This document shows, piece by piece, positions 1 through 9,204 of a DNA stretch of 64,000 bases; positions within the stretch are counted from its first letter, which is position 1, and each line of letters begins with the position of its first letter. A model generated the notes under the pieces. It had not been told where the DNA came from. It searched no databases and worked only from the letters and a program-made list of their open reading frames with translations. The position numbers and the translations under genes are program-made. The DNA comes from a virus. Its lineage: Duplodnaviria; Caudoviricetes. Location: IMG/VR virus record IMGVR_UViG_3300010429_002123; one strand, given 5' to 3'.

Positions 1-101
1 AGAGGAAGATAAAAAGCACGTCCTTTCTCTTTCTGTAGCTATAGCAACTCTTTCGAGACACTCTAAAATAGAGTTAGAAGACCTGGCTGAAGCTATTCAG
101 T

Positions 102-800
102 ATGAGAGTTATAAAAATGAGTATGTATGACTATTCTGAACACGATAGACCAAGAACCCTCACACAATTTGAAGAGGCTATGACCTCTGATGGAAAGCTG
201 TTTACGAGAGGAAATGACCTCTATTGTGCGTGGGTTCGTTGGTGTATTAAAAATGAAGAGGTAATTACATCAGACCTGGCAAGAGCTTCTCTTCACGAGA
301 ATACCTCTCGGTTTTCTCTTTATTATGACGAGTTCAGAAGGAGAAAGGAGCACATAAAAAAAGAGGATTTTAAATCCGTATACGCTTTTTATAAGGATTT
401 AGTAACCGCTTGGAAAGAAAAACAAGAAGAAAAGTTTTCTTTAGTCTTCCATAATGGGGACTTTCCCGCAGGTGTTTTGAACTCTTTTTTGCTCCCAGAG
501 GAACCCCAGCAGATAAAAACACTACTCTTACAGGCAAGGATTCTCCTTTTGTGGCATGAGCTTCAATTTCCTTTTTATTTACTGAACCCGCTGGAAAAAA
601 CGTTTAATAAATATAAGTTTACTTCTTTGGGGTTGGACGAACCTGCAGACGATGTTCTCACCCCTTTCACCGAAGAGGTGACTCTAAAGGGCATTTTTTC
701 GCTCTGTGATGAGTTAATAGAGTTAGAAGACCCAAAGTTCTTTCTTAAGCTTTTTCCTGCTTTAGACATCAAATCTTGCGTGTTTTGCGGGAGGTTTTAA
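102..800 (+). CDS. hypothetical protein
   Basis: 232-aa ORF in the + strand gene run; no motif recognised. Confidence 0.55.
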   Translation: MRVIKMSMYDYSEHDRPRTLTQFEEAMTSDGKLFTRGNDLYCAWVRWCIKNEEVITSDLARASLHENTSRFSLYYDEFRRRKEHIKKEDFKSVYAFYKDLVTAWKEKQEEKFSLVFHNGDFPAGVLNSFLLPEEPQQIKTLLLQARILLLWHELQFPFYLLNPLEKTFNKYKFTSLGLDEPADDVLTPFTEEVTLKGIFSLCDELIELEDPKFFLKLFPALDIKSCVFCGRF

Positions 801-801
801 A

Positions 802-1218
802 ATGTATCACATAATTTACACAACAAGCTCTCTGGCTATCTTCCCCCATGTGTTCAGTGAAATAGTTATTATTCTTCCGGTCTTTCCTGTTGGGTATGAA
901 AGCTATATGGCTGACAAACGCTTACGCATAGGCATAGAAATACAAACGTCTATATGGAAAAATGACCTTGCTGTCATTGATGTTTATGAGAGATGTTCAT
1001 GGTGCCTCTCAGCGGAAAACAAGGAGCAGAGTAACCCTCCCACCACGTCTATGTATGCTATCTATGTGGACTTAAAGTCAGGGGTGTGTGGTATGAACTC
1101 TGAAAAAGAAAGCCATACAAATTTATTCGGGGTATGCTCTTTTTGCGAGACCAATCACGCTTTAGAGAACTCTTTAGGACGAAGTATCACGCTGGAGGAG
1201 GTGAAAATAAATAGTTAA
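802..1218 (+). CDS. hypothetical protein (two CxxC pairs)
   Basis: ORF abuts the previous stop; CSWC and CSFC; start uncertain. Confidence 0.45.
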   Translation: MYHIIYTTSSLAIFPHVFSEIVIILPVFPVGYESYMADKRLRIGIEIQTSIWKNDLAVIDVYERCSWCLSAENKEQSNPPTTSMYAIYVDLKSGVCGMNSEKESHTNLFGVCSFCETNHALENSLGRSITLEEVKINS

Positions 1219-1237
1219 CTATTTTTTACAAAATGGC

Positions 1238-1266
1238 TTGACATAGTGAGGGAACTATGTTATACT
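1238..1266 (+). promoter_or_regulatory. sigma70/sigmaA-type promoter
   Basis: TTGACA-17-TATACT with extended -10 TG, preceded by TTTTTTACAAAA; SD AAGGAGG before the ATG at 1303. Confidence 0.85.
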
Positions 1267-1302
1267 TTAGGGAGTGAAAGAATTTTATAAGGAGGAGATA
1301 AG

Positions 1303-1815
1303 ATGTTAAATCAAAACGGAAAGCAGGCTGTGGAGGAAATAATAAGGATTTTAAGAGAGACTGGTGAGGGACTGGAGACCCCTCACCAACAGATACTCAT
1401 TAAGCAGGCCGAAAGACTCGAAACTATGCTCCCGGCCATGATAAGACCTATGCCCCCGCAAAAAGAGTTGCTTGCGAAGCGTTTTCCTGAGGCAGAACAC
1501 AAGACGAGAAAAGGTGCTCGTGGGAAACAGCTCACCTATGTAGAAACTGTAAATTACATAGACAGGTTAAATGAAATATTCGGCCTGCACTGGAGCTGGG
1601 AACTGACTGAGCAGGGTGCTGACGAAGTAGGTGTGTGGAGTCGTGGAAGGCTCACTATCGAGATAGACGGGAAAACGGTAGTTAAAGAGGCATACGGCGG
1701 GAACGACAAAAATGGAGAAATCGGGGACGCCCTGAAAGGTGCTTCTTCTGACGCCCTCAAAAAAGCCTGTTCACTGCTTGGTATGGGTCTTTACATGTAT
1801 AGAGATAAAAAGTAA
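1303..1815 (+). CDS. Rad52/Rad22-family (Sak-like) ssDNA annealing protein
   Basis: R-x-G-x-x-G-x-x-LTYV...IDRLNEIFG..WS and GDALKGASSDALKKACSLLGMGLYMY motifs. Confidence 0.85.
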   Translation: MLNQNGKQAVEEIIRILRETGEGLETPHQQILIKQAERLETMLPAMIRPMPPQKELLAKRFPEAEHKTRKGARGKQLTYVETVNYIDRLNEIFGLHWSWELTEQGADEVGVWSRGRLTIEIDGKTVVKEAYGGNDKNGEIGDALKGASSDALKKACSLLGMGLYMYRDKK

Positions 1816-2275
1816 AGAGAGAGAGGAGAAAACACTATGGATACCCTGCAGGAAAAGTCTTTGGAAATAATCTCAGGTTACACAGAAGAAGACATAAGAG
1901 ACCTGTGGGAGGAGAAATATCAGACTGCCTCTGGTAAAATAATTAAGTCCGGGGGCGGTCTGATGAGAAGGCTTCAAAAAGCTACTCCTCCCGGTGCGAA
2001 AAAAGAGTTACTGAAGGTTGAAGCTCACTGGGCAGGATACACGGGAAAAAGGGCAAGACAAAAGGTGCTTACGGGCACCTCTTCAGGAAAGTGCTTCAGA
2101 GTTTTTAGAAACGTTCACTCTTATATTTATTATTATCTTGTTATACAGGAGTAAAAAAATGCTTACTATTATATACATAGGAATAACTAGCCCTCTGACC
2201 CTCGGAATAGTGGGTTTGGGTATAGTTACATATTTAATCGAAAAGTTCGTTCCCGCCAGAGGACAAAAAGAATAA

Positions 2276-2713
2276 GTGTTAACAAAAACCCTGAAAAGGG
2301 TTTTTAATCATGAGATAAAAAGGAGAAAAGCCATGTTAAGAGACTTAGAAGACCCTGGAATACGAATACCCTTAGAAGACAGACGAAAGTATGTGAGACC
2401 TCCGGGACACGATAAGATGCTGTCATGGTTCGGCTACTCCGTGGAGGAGAAAAACGGAAAAACTGCATATAAAAAGGCAAAAGGAACCAGAGCTATAACT
2501 ATCACCCGAAAAAATACTGAGGAAAAACCTCTCTCTACAATCGGTCAGATAGACGTGAGGTTTTATGAAAAAGAAAAACTTCTCTTTAAAAGGGATTACT
2601 TATCCCTCCGGGTGTATCTCGCTCAGAGTAAATTTATAGAGAAGTTTTTAGAAGACGGCCAGACCGATAAAAGTTTGTATCATGAGCAGTATGGGGAGGT
2701 TGAAGAGTGGTGA
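2276..2713 (+). CDS. hypothetical protein
   Basis: 145-aa ORF coupled to its neighbours. Confidence 0.5.
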   Translation: MLTKTLKRVFNHEIKRRKAMLRDLEDPGIRIPLEDRRKYVRPPGHDKMLSWFGYSVEEKNGKTAYKKAKGTRAITITRKNTEEKPLSTIGQIDVRFYEKEKLLFKRDYLSLRVYLAQSKFIEKFLEDGQTDKSLYHEQYGEVEEW

Positions 2714-3411
2714 CAGCCTCTGGAGTCCCTATTATGTTAGAAGGAACTCCCCTTCGACCCGTAATGACAGAAAACCCTCGGCCTGTCGTGAGGGAACGTA
2801 ATCTCACTGACTTTGTTTCCCGTTACTTAAAATTTCCAGAAGGCTTAACTTCCTGGCAAAAAACTGTAGAGGAGCAGACCTGCAAGCACATGGTAAGAAC
2901 CTCCGGCAGAGGGGGAAGTTTTTGCTTTTGTCAGGGGTCTTCCTCGGAAGAAGGAAAGACTACTTATCTTCTTATGAAAGCTCTTTTTTTCTGCGTACGT
3001 TTCGGAGACTTTCACGCCCTCTTTGTAGCTGAAGAACGCGACAATAAAGTTTTCTCAGAGTTCTTTAGCCTGTTAAAATTCACTCCCCTTATGTCCTATC
3101 TTAAATGTCTGGAAGGTTATAGTAGGAAACTTTTTTTCACTAACGGCTCTTCTTTTACGGAGACGTGCACTATGGCTACACAAGGAAACTTCTGGTATAG
3201 GTTCTTTCAAAAGCAGATGTCCTTTGAGGCTGAAAAACTCGAGCAGGAATTTTTCACTAAGCCCAACGACGGTTCCCCCGATGGTAAAGTTTACAGTTTT
3301 ATTTGTGTTGACAGAAACCCTCAGATAGCTTTTTATATTAGAAACCCCTTTTTGTTGGGCTTGGAAGACCCGTGCGTCATAACAGAGATAGAGAGGAGGG
3401 AATTATTATGA
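2707..3411 (+). CDS. terminase-ATPase-like paralogue 1 (truncated P-loop-like domain)
   Basis: GKTTYLLMKALF, FTNGSS and C-terminal PCVITE shared with 3408..4151 and 37221..38096. Confidence 0.45.
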   Translation: MVTASGVPIMLEGTPLRPVMTENPRPVVRERNLTDFVSRYLKFPEGLTSWQKTVEEQTCKHMVRTSGRGGSFCFCQGSSSEEGKTTYLLMKALFFCVRFGDFHALFVAEERDNKVFSEFFSLLKFTPLMSYLKCLEGYSRKLFFTNGSSFTETCTMATQGNFWYRFFQKQMSFEAEKLEQEFFTKPNDGSPDGKVYSFICVDRNPQIAFYIRNPFLLGLEDPCVITEIERRELL

Positions 3412-4151
3412 CCCCGGGTGACTGCCCAGACTTTACGACGAGAACAGACACTTATGAAGAAAGGAAGGCTATGTTCAGACGTGACCTAATTTACGTAGAC
3501 GGTATACCTAAAACGTATGTCACCTTTCTCGGTCACCAGAAAATAACTCTTGATTCCTTTCCGGCTTATGTGGGAAACTATCTGTCTGCTACTTTTGGTT
3601 ACGGCCTAAACTTTTTTCAGAGAGAGTTAGATGCCCGCATTGAAGAAGCAAAAACTTTTCCTATTGTAATTTACGACAGAGAGTTAGACGTGAGTTATCT
3701 GGGACGCCCCGAAAGCCCGTGGGGGAAGACTGAATACATTGTTGCAAAATCTTTATTTTATTGTCTCACCAGCGAAAACCTCCGGGCAAGAATACTCGTT
3801 AACAGTGTATATTCAGATAGTTTTGATATTATCGAGACGGCTTACACCTTCCTTCTAAACTCCCCTCTGTTTCATCGGGTATCAAAAGTTAAAAAAACAA
3901 AAGACGTGTATCACCCCAGAACAGAGCCCTTTATTGTCTTTACTTCGAACTCCTCTCTGCACGCTTGTGAGGTTTGCTCTCATTCGTCAAGGTTTCTTGG
4001 GGGGTTTTCCGAGGGGTTACCTGAGCCTTTCCAAGAAGCACAGATAGACTTTTTTGTGCTGGTATCTCCTGACAAGACAGGAATATATAAGAGTCCGAAT
4101 ATTCTGCTAAGCGAAGAGAAAGCCTGTATCATCACGGGGCGTGACGAGTAA
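3408..4151 (+). CDS. terminase-ATPase-like paralogue 2
   Basis: WGKTEYIVAKSLFYCL, FTSNSSL, ACIITG; ATG at 3408 after GAGGAGG. Confidence 0.45.
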   Translation: MTPGDCPDFTTRTDTYEERKAMFRRDLIYVDGIPKTYVTFLGHQKITLDSFPAYVGNYLSATFGYGLNFFQRELDARIEEAKTFPIVIYDRELDVSYLGRPESPWGKTEYIVAKSLFYCLTSENLRARILVNSVYSDSFDIIETAYTFLLNSPLFHRVSKVKKTKDVYHPRTEPFIVFTSNSSLHACEVCSHSSRFLGGFSEGLPEPFQEAQIDFFVLVSPDKTGIYKSPNILLSEEKACIITGRDE

Positions 4152-4258
4152 ATTTCCCCAAAAGGTAAGCAAATTTTTAAAAAAAGGCTTGCCACAATCC
4201 GAAAAATGTAGTACAATAGTACACGAAAGAACAACACTCATAGAACGGAGGTAATTTT

Positions 4259-4774
4259 ATGCTGTGCATGAGGGAAAAGAGAAGAAGACTCCTTAAATTG
4301 AGGCAAGAAAAAGCCTCACAAAAAGCGGAAATTTCCGCAAAGTCCGAAGCCCTTGAGACAACCCAGGTAGAGGCACAGAACAGAGAACAGAAGGTAGTAA
4401 GGTGGAGAACTTACTACCGGGATAAAGAAAACTTAGTGGTAAGCAGAAATCAGAAGGGTCATTATTACGTAGTCACAAACACCCTCACAGTAAGGTGTTA
4501 TAAAGTGACAAAAAAAGAAGGCACAAATAAAGGTTCGTGCACCTGTGAAGACTACGTAAAAAACACAGAAAAAGGTAAAGACGTGGTGTGTAAACATATG
4601 CTGGCTGTAAAAAGAGGAGATGAGAAGAGAAAAGCTGAAGAAAACGGGTTACCTTTCCTGGACATTCCCCCGGTAGACTTACTGGGAGACGAGCTTTTTG
4701 AAAAACAGATATTAAAAGAAGGCTTCAAAAGAAGTCAAAGCCTTGTGGATGGGTGGAAAACTCTGAAAAAATAA
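4259..4774 (+). CDS. SWIM zinc-finger protein
   Basis: CTCEDY...CKH motif; own promoter (TTGCCA...TACAAT) and GGAGGT SD. Confidence 0.7.
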   Translation: MLCMREKRRRLLKLRQEKASQKAEISAKSEALETTQVEAQNREQKVVRWRTYYRDKENLVVSRNQKGHYYVVTNTLTVRCYKVTKKEGTNKGSCTCEDYVKNTEKGKDVVCKHMLAVKRGDEKRKAEENGLPFLDIPPVDLLGDELFEKQILKEGFKRSQSLVDGWKTLKK

Positions 4775-4799
4775 TGTTTGCTAATTTTTACAAAACGTA

Positions 4800-4828
4800 T
4801 TGACAAGTAGGGTCAGGTGTGCTACACT
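4800..4828 (+). promoter_or_regulatory. sigma70/sigmaA-type promoter
   Basis: TTTTTACAAAACGTA-TTGACA-17-TACACT. Confidence 0.8.
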
Positions 4829-4998
4829 AAAAGAAAAAGGAGGAAAAACTATGTTAGAACCAGTAGATAGATACCTAAGCACTCTGGAGGAAAGTTCCCC
4901 AGAGAAAGAAGAAAAAAGCCCCTCAGAAATGACTGAGGAAGAGTTTGTAAAATTTTTACTTACGGTTCCATTCTAGTTTTTCCAGATAGGAGGATATT

Positions 4999-5223
4999 AT
5001 GACCAGAGTTAAAAGACCCGGAAAGAGAATCGCCACAGTGGGCGAAAGAAGAAAAGATGATTTTATAGGAGTAAAAATGACTGAGGAACATAAGAGAGAA
5101 CTCAAAAAGAGAGCAAACTTGTTAGGACTCAGTCAGTCCGAGTATGTCGTGTGGAAAACCCTCGGACTTATGCCGGAAGACTACAATCGGGAGGTGCCTG
5201 GAAATGACCCCCAAGAAAGTTAA
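4999..5223 (+). CDS. ribbon-helix-helix (MobC-like) DNA-binding protein
   Basis: FIGVKMTEEHKRELKKRANLLGLSQSEYV pattern. Confidence 0.6.
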   Translation: MTRVKRPGKRIATVGERRKDDFIGVKMTEEHKRELKKRANLLGLSQSEYVVWKTLGLMPEDYNREVPGNDPQES

Positions 5224-5674
5224 AGAGAAGAATAAGAAAGGTACTGTAGTGAAGGGAACTAGATTGCCTGCTCACTACGTTGAAGATATATTCCAGAGGG
5301 CGAAGGAAGAAAACATGACAGTGTCAGATTTTATCCTGTCAAGATGTATGCCAGATATTTTTCTGGACAAAGCAAAAAAGACAAGGAGAAACTTCAAGAC
5401 ACTTGAAGAGAGGAGTGAAGACGACATGGGAAGAACTAAGACAAAAATGCTTGCCATACGAGTGATGGAAGAGCACGCGAAGGAGATAAAAAAACGTGCA
5501 GAAGAAGTAGGACTTACTCAGGCAGACTTTATCTTAACTAGATGTCTCGATTTGAAGATAAAAACGAGACAAGAGCAAAAGAGCTACGCAAATACAATAA
5601 GAGGTAAAGACTACGGCCAGAGTAGAATAAGAATTATAAAAGAGTATGTCCGAGCAGACGAAGATGTAGAGTAA
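5204..5674 (+). CDS. tandem ribbon-helix-helix DNA-binding protein
   Basis: Two RHH-like units (RAKEENMTVSDFIL; RAEEVGLTQADFIL); ATG at 5204 after GGAGGT. Confidence 0.55.
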   Translation: MTPKKVKEKNKKGTVVKGTRLPAHYVEDIFQRAKEENMTVSDFILSRCMPDIFLDKAKKTRRNFKTLEERSEDDMGRTKTKMLAIRVMEEHAKEIKKRAEEVGLTQADFILTRCLDLKIKTRQEQKSYANTIRGKDYGQSRIRIIKEYVRADEDVE

Positions 5675-6496
5675 AGACTGAAAAAAGTGAAAGAGCTAAG
5701 ATAAAAGGAAAAGAAGAGAGCCAGGAACACAGACCGGAAATCCTGAGCTTGAACGTTCCGGTCGTTTCATTCCGAAAAAGAGGTGATTTTATGCCAAAAT
5801 CTTTGCCTATGTTACAGGTAGGGACTGTCGTTCACGTAAAGAGAGAAATAGCCTTCCGAGGAGGAGATGTCATAGGTCCTGTGTATACGGAACATCAGAG
5901 TCCAAGAACGGGAGTGATAGCTGGGTATACAGTAAAAAGAGCAGGAAGATTTGTTCAAAAAAAGCCACCGAAAGATGCTAAATTCCTCCATGAGATTCTC
6001 ACAGATAGACAAGTTTTCAAAGTTAGAGATACTTACAAAGTCTATATCATAAAATATGCCCTGTGGGCTAAAGACGTCTATGCAGAAGAAGATGACCTCA
6101 TTGTCCTATATCGCCCGAAATACTTCGTCACTGAGGGTGACTTCCAAAGAGAAGTCTATTTTTTACTGCCCAGGCAGAATAAAACTCGAGGAAAAAGAGA
6201 AGACTTATAATGACAGAAGAGCAGAGATTACGCATAATAACTGAAGCCGGAGACGAAGCGGTGAACCTTCTGTATACAGTAACCCTTCCCGGAAAAGAGA
6301 CCTTTCTAAAAGCCCACTTACGAAACGGAGACTTAATAGTCATGATGTCAAAAAGAGAAAATCCCAGGCTTTTCGACGCAATAATGCTCTGGTGGGAAAA
6401 AAGAGATGCGAAGAAAACAAGACTTCAGTTTAGAGGTAAGGCCACTGTAAAGGAATTGTTAGAAAAATTCGGAGAATTAAGAAGGAGGATAGACTA

Positions 6497-7090
6497 ATGT
6501 TTGATTTAGTAAAAACTTGTGAGATGACGAGGGATAACATAGTAAAGCTTGAATGCGTAAAAAACCAGATAAAAACCATGTCTACTTCTGAGCTGGCACA
6601 TGGCTTTCAAGTCATAAACCCCGTGGAGAAAGGGATAGAACAGATATGTGACTTAGTAAAAGAAGAGTTAAAACAAAGAATGCAGGCTGACCACACAGGA
6701 GCAATAACCCAGGACGAAAAAGGTCATCTATACTTTACCCTGAAGCAGGGAAAGTTAAAAGCGGAAAAAAGGGAGAAAAAAGACTTTGACACCGGAATGG
6801 CCACAACTATTCTGGAAAAGAAAGGCTTATTAAAAGCCTGCCAGAGTGTAAGTTATGAAATACTTGACCCCGACACTTTCGCCCAGACTCTCTCAGAAGT
6901 GTTGGCGATTCTTCCCGAAGCTGAAAAAAAGACCTATGAAGCTAAATTAATGCAGACTCTTCGAGAAAAAAGGAAGTTATCCGAGGCTCTGATAGAAAGT
7001 GCGGTTGAAAAAGGTCAACTTTCTCTCGACGAAGTAGAAGAGATGCACTCTGTCAGGAAAACATACGCTTTAAAAATTGTGAAAGGATAG
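6497..7090 (+). CDS. hypothetical phage protein
   Basis: 197-aa ORF with AGGAGG SD. Confidence 0.6.
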   Translation: MFDLVKTCEMTRDNIVKLECVKNQIKTMSTSELAHGFQVINPVEKGIEQICDLVKEELKQRMQADHTGAITQDEKGHLYFTLKQGKLKAEKREKKDFDTGMATTILEKKGLLKACQSVSYEILDPDTFAQTLSEVLAILPEAEKKTYEAKLMQTLREKRKLSEALIESAVEKGQLSLDEVEEMHSVRKTYALKIVKG

Positions 7091-7102
7091 TTAAATATTC
7101 TC

Positions 7103-7131
7103 TTGACAACACGGTCGTTGTATGTTATACT
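7103..7131 (+). promoter_or_regulatory. sigma70/sigmaA-type promoter
   Basis: TTGACA-17-TATACT with extended -10; would read through towards array 1. Confidence 0.8.
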
Positions 7132-7168
7132 GCAAATAATGTAAAAAAGTCTTTATTGGAGAGGTTTT

Positions 7169-7747
7169 ATGCTGATTGAACTCGAAGAAGGCGTGAAAAG
7201 AGCACAAAGTATATATTTCAGGGACTGGTATGATACTCATAAAGATTCCTGGAACTCTGAAAGAAAAGAGAAAAGACAGAACCCCTCTTTCAAAGAACAG
7301 GAGAGAAAGAGAAGGATTCGAATGAAGTGGGGAAATTATATTCCGCCGGGAGACATCGACCCTACCCCACAGATAGAGACTTTTAAAAATCACACTGTTA
7401 CACTTTCTCTACCTGTCTCCAGAACAGAAGCCATTGATTTCCTTTGTGTTCCTATGAAGATTGTGACGAACAGCCTGGGTGTGTGCCACAGGACTTACCT
7501 ATACTGGGTCAGCAAAGGTCTGATAACAAATACAATGTTTAAGCAGGGAACTGAAAACTTTATGCCCCTTGAAATTGCAGAAGCCTTCCTCTTTAATCTG
7601 AAGTATAAAAGCTACCCCTACAAAGACATAAGAAACTGGGTGTTTCTAAGAAAAGTTAAACTTGCACAGGAAGATTTTTTAAAAAAATTAAAACCCTTTG
7701 GCCTATCCCAGAAGGTCTTCCAAAGGAAGACAGAGAAAAAGAAATAA
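7169..7747 (+). CDS. putative MerR/excisionase-like HTH protein
   Basis: LGVCHRTYLYWVSKGLI resembles a MerR-type HTH. Confidence 0.4.
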   Translation: MLIELEEGVKRAQSIYFRDWYDTHKDSWNSERKEKRQNPSFKEQERKRRIRMKWGNYIPPGDIDPTPQIETFKNHTVTLSLPVSRTEAIDFLCVPMKIVTNSLGVCHRTYLYWVSKGLITNTMFKQGTENFMPLEIAEAFLFNLKYKSYPYKDIRNWVFLRKVKLAQEDFLKKLKPFGLSQKVFQRKTEKKK

Positions 7748-7836
7748 GAAGAACTTACGTCAACAACCCACGACTGAAGTCACGGGAATTACCCTGGTTA
7801 AAATAAGATTTAAAATAAGATTTTGAACAAGAAGGA

Positions 7837-8199
7837 GTGGTAAGAGTGGACGAAACCGTCACAAAAGATACACAGACAGCTACGATGCAGACACGGGAAG
7901 GGTATAAAAAGGTTACTAAAATGTACACCTCAAAAGGCAAAGTCATCAGAGAAGACAGCCCCTTACAGGAGACTATCTTTGTTCGAGACTTCTTAGGAAC
8001 CTCAGGAAAAGTTTCCATTAACCTGGGAATGACTCTCTCCCTCGGAGAAGGCACCTATGAATTCGTAAGGGTTGACGTTGGGGTTGAACTTCCCTGTTAC
8101 CCGGAAGAACTAAAAGAAGCAAAAACCACCGCATACGAATTCGCAAAAAGTGAGTTATTTGCGAATGCTCAGGAAGTGAGAGAAAAAATACCAAAGTAA
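7837..8199 (+). CDS. hypothetical phage protein
   Basis: 120-aa ORF ending immediately before the array-1 scaffold. Confidence 0.55.
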   Translation: MVRVDETVTKDTQTATMQTREGYKKVTKMYTSKGKVIREDSPLQETIFVRDFLGTSGKVSINLGMTLSLGEGTYEFVRVDVGVELPCYPEELKEAKTTAYEFAKSELFANAQEVREKIPK

Positions 8200-8201
8200 A
8201 G

Positions 8202-8345
8202 ACATCGACGGAAAGTTAAAATACGTGACAAATCCAGTCACTGTCTCGGAGTTAACTTCTTTTTAGAAGTTTCTGAGACAAGGCTTAGAAAGTTTTCAGT
8301 GAGTCAGCCACTTAAAGAAAACGAGTAATTAAGCCAATCTAGCTG
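8202..8345 (+). ncRNA. conserved structured RNA scaffold fused to mini CRISPR array 1 (tracr/omegaRNA-like)
   Basis: Homologous to 9071-9204, 13558-13690 and 46505-46636(-); stems GTGAC/GTCAC, TGTCTCGGA/TCTGAGACA, AACTTC/GAAGTT, GGCTTA/TAAGCC covary between copies. Confidence 0.8.
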
Positions 8346-8510
8346 GTTTCCGAGGAAACATGGTTAGAGGGAAAGACGATAGGGGTGTTTTTGTCAACTT
8401 TTCCGAAGCTCAGTTTCTTAGGGAACATGTTTAGATGGAAAGTACGCCTCATACCTTTCACCTCGACTTCTCTTGAAAGTGTTTCTAAGGAAACATGGTT
8501 AGTTGAAAAG
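8346..8510 (+). CRISPR. mini CRISPR array 1 (3 repeats, spacers 37 and 38 bp)
   Basis: 30-bp repeats at 8346, 8413, 8481 (GTTTCCGAGGAAACATGGTTAGAGGGAAAG and variants). Confidence 0.9.
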
Positions 8511-8548
8511 GGAAAGGGAAAGCGTTCAGATGGAAAGGTGGAAAAGTA

Positions 8549-9088
8549 ATGAAAAGAGAAGAGAACGGAAAAATAAAGAAAAAACACGTGCCTGCTAAAG
8601 TATTCCCTCCAGGAGAGTTCCTTAAGGAAGAACTGGAAGAGAGAAACTGGACAAAGGAAGAACTCTCTCAAAAAACAGGGATACCCCAGCAGGTAATAGA
8701 AGACATATTAAATCACAAAGGTGAAGTGACAGAGGAAATAGCTTCTCTTCTCGCTAGAGCTCTGGACGAACCGGAAGATTACTGGGTATGTTTGAGCAGA
8801 AACTACTTCGAGAGAAAAAAAGTCATTGCCCTCGAAGAGTCAAATCCTTGTAGATGCGGGGGAAGGGTCAGACATACAGGAAAGGTATATTATACCGCCC
8901 CGGCTTATTATGAAATGAAGTGTGATGAGTGCGGGAGAATAAAAGACATAAAAGAGGCTCCCAGTATTCCTGTAATAGAGTGTACAGAGGAAGAACTCTT
9001 CAAAAGACATCCTGAGGTGAGAGAACTTTATGAGAAGTTTCCTCATTTACGAAGAAGTGAGTCCGAAAAGACATCGACGGAAAGTTAA
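8549..9088 (+). CDS. HigA-like XRE HTH protein with C-terminal zinc ribbon
   Basis: FPPGEFLKEELEERNWTKEELSQKTGI...LARAL..PEDYW is the HigA pattern; CRCGG...CDECG; C-terminus TSTES* lies inside scaffold 2. Confidence 0.75.
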   Translation: MKREENGKIKKKHVPAKVFPPGEFLKEELEERNWTKEELSQKTGIPQQVIEDILNHKGEVTEEIASLLARALDEPEDYWVCLSRNYFERKKVIALEESNPCRCGGRVRHTGKVYYTAPAYYEMKCDECGRIKDIKEAPSIPVIECTEEELFKRHPEVRELYEKFPHLRRSESEKTSTES

Positions 9089-9204
9089 AATAAACGACAA
9101 ATCCAGTCGTAGACTCGAAGTTAACTTCTTTTTAGAGGTTTTTGAGTCGAGGGCTTAGAAATCTTTCAGTTTATAGAAAGCAAGTAATCAAGCCCGGCTA
9201 ACGG
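9071..9204 (+). ncRNA. conserved structured RNA scaffold fused to mini CRISPR array 2
   Basis: ACGAC-AAATCCA-GTCGT; GACTCGAA/TTTGAGTC; GGGCTT/AAGCCC; 3' CCGGCTAAC pairs with GTTAGTTGG of repeat 1. Confidence 0.8.

Noticed and set aside
8202-8345. Scaffold as a tRNA, simple terminator or IscB-type omegaRNA
   Set aside because: No cloverleaf or T-loop; multi-stem conservation exceeds a terminator; G.U polarity puts guides 3' of the scaffold, opposite to IscB/Cas9
8376-8480. Self-targeting by array 1 and array 4 spacers (partial likeness to UDG, MT-A70, ParB; TTGACA or TATAAT inside spacers)
   Set aside because: Only about 8-11 nt or a few residues match, which is chance level; no full self-match found by eye
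8339-8671. Minus-strand ORF across array 1, and the many other short antisense ORFs
   Set aside because: Shadows of repeats or of purine-rich + strand genes; no SD or motifs
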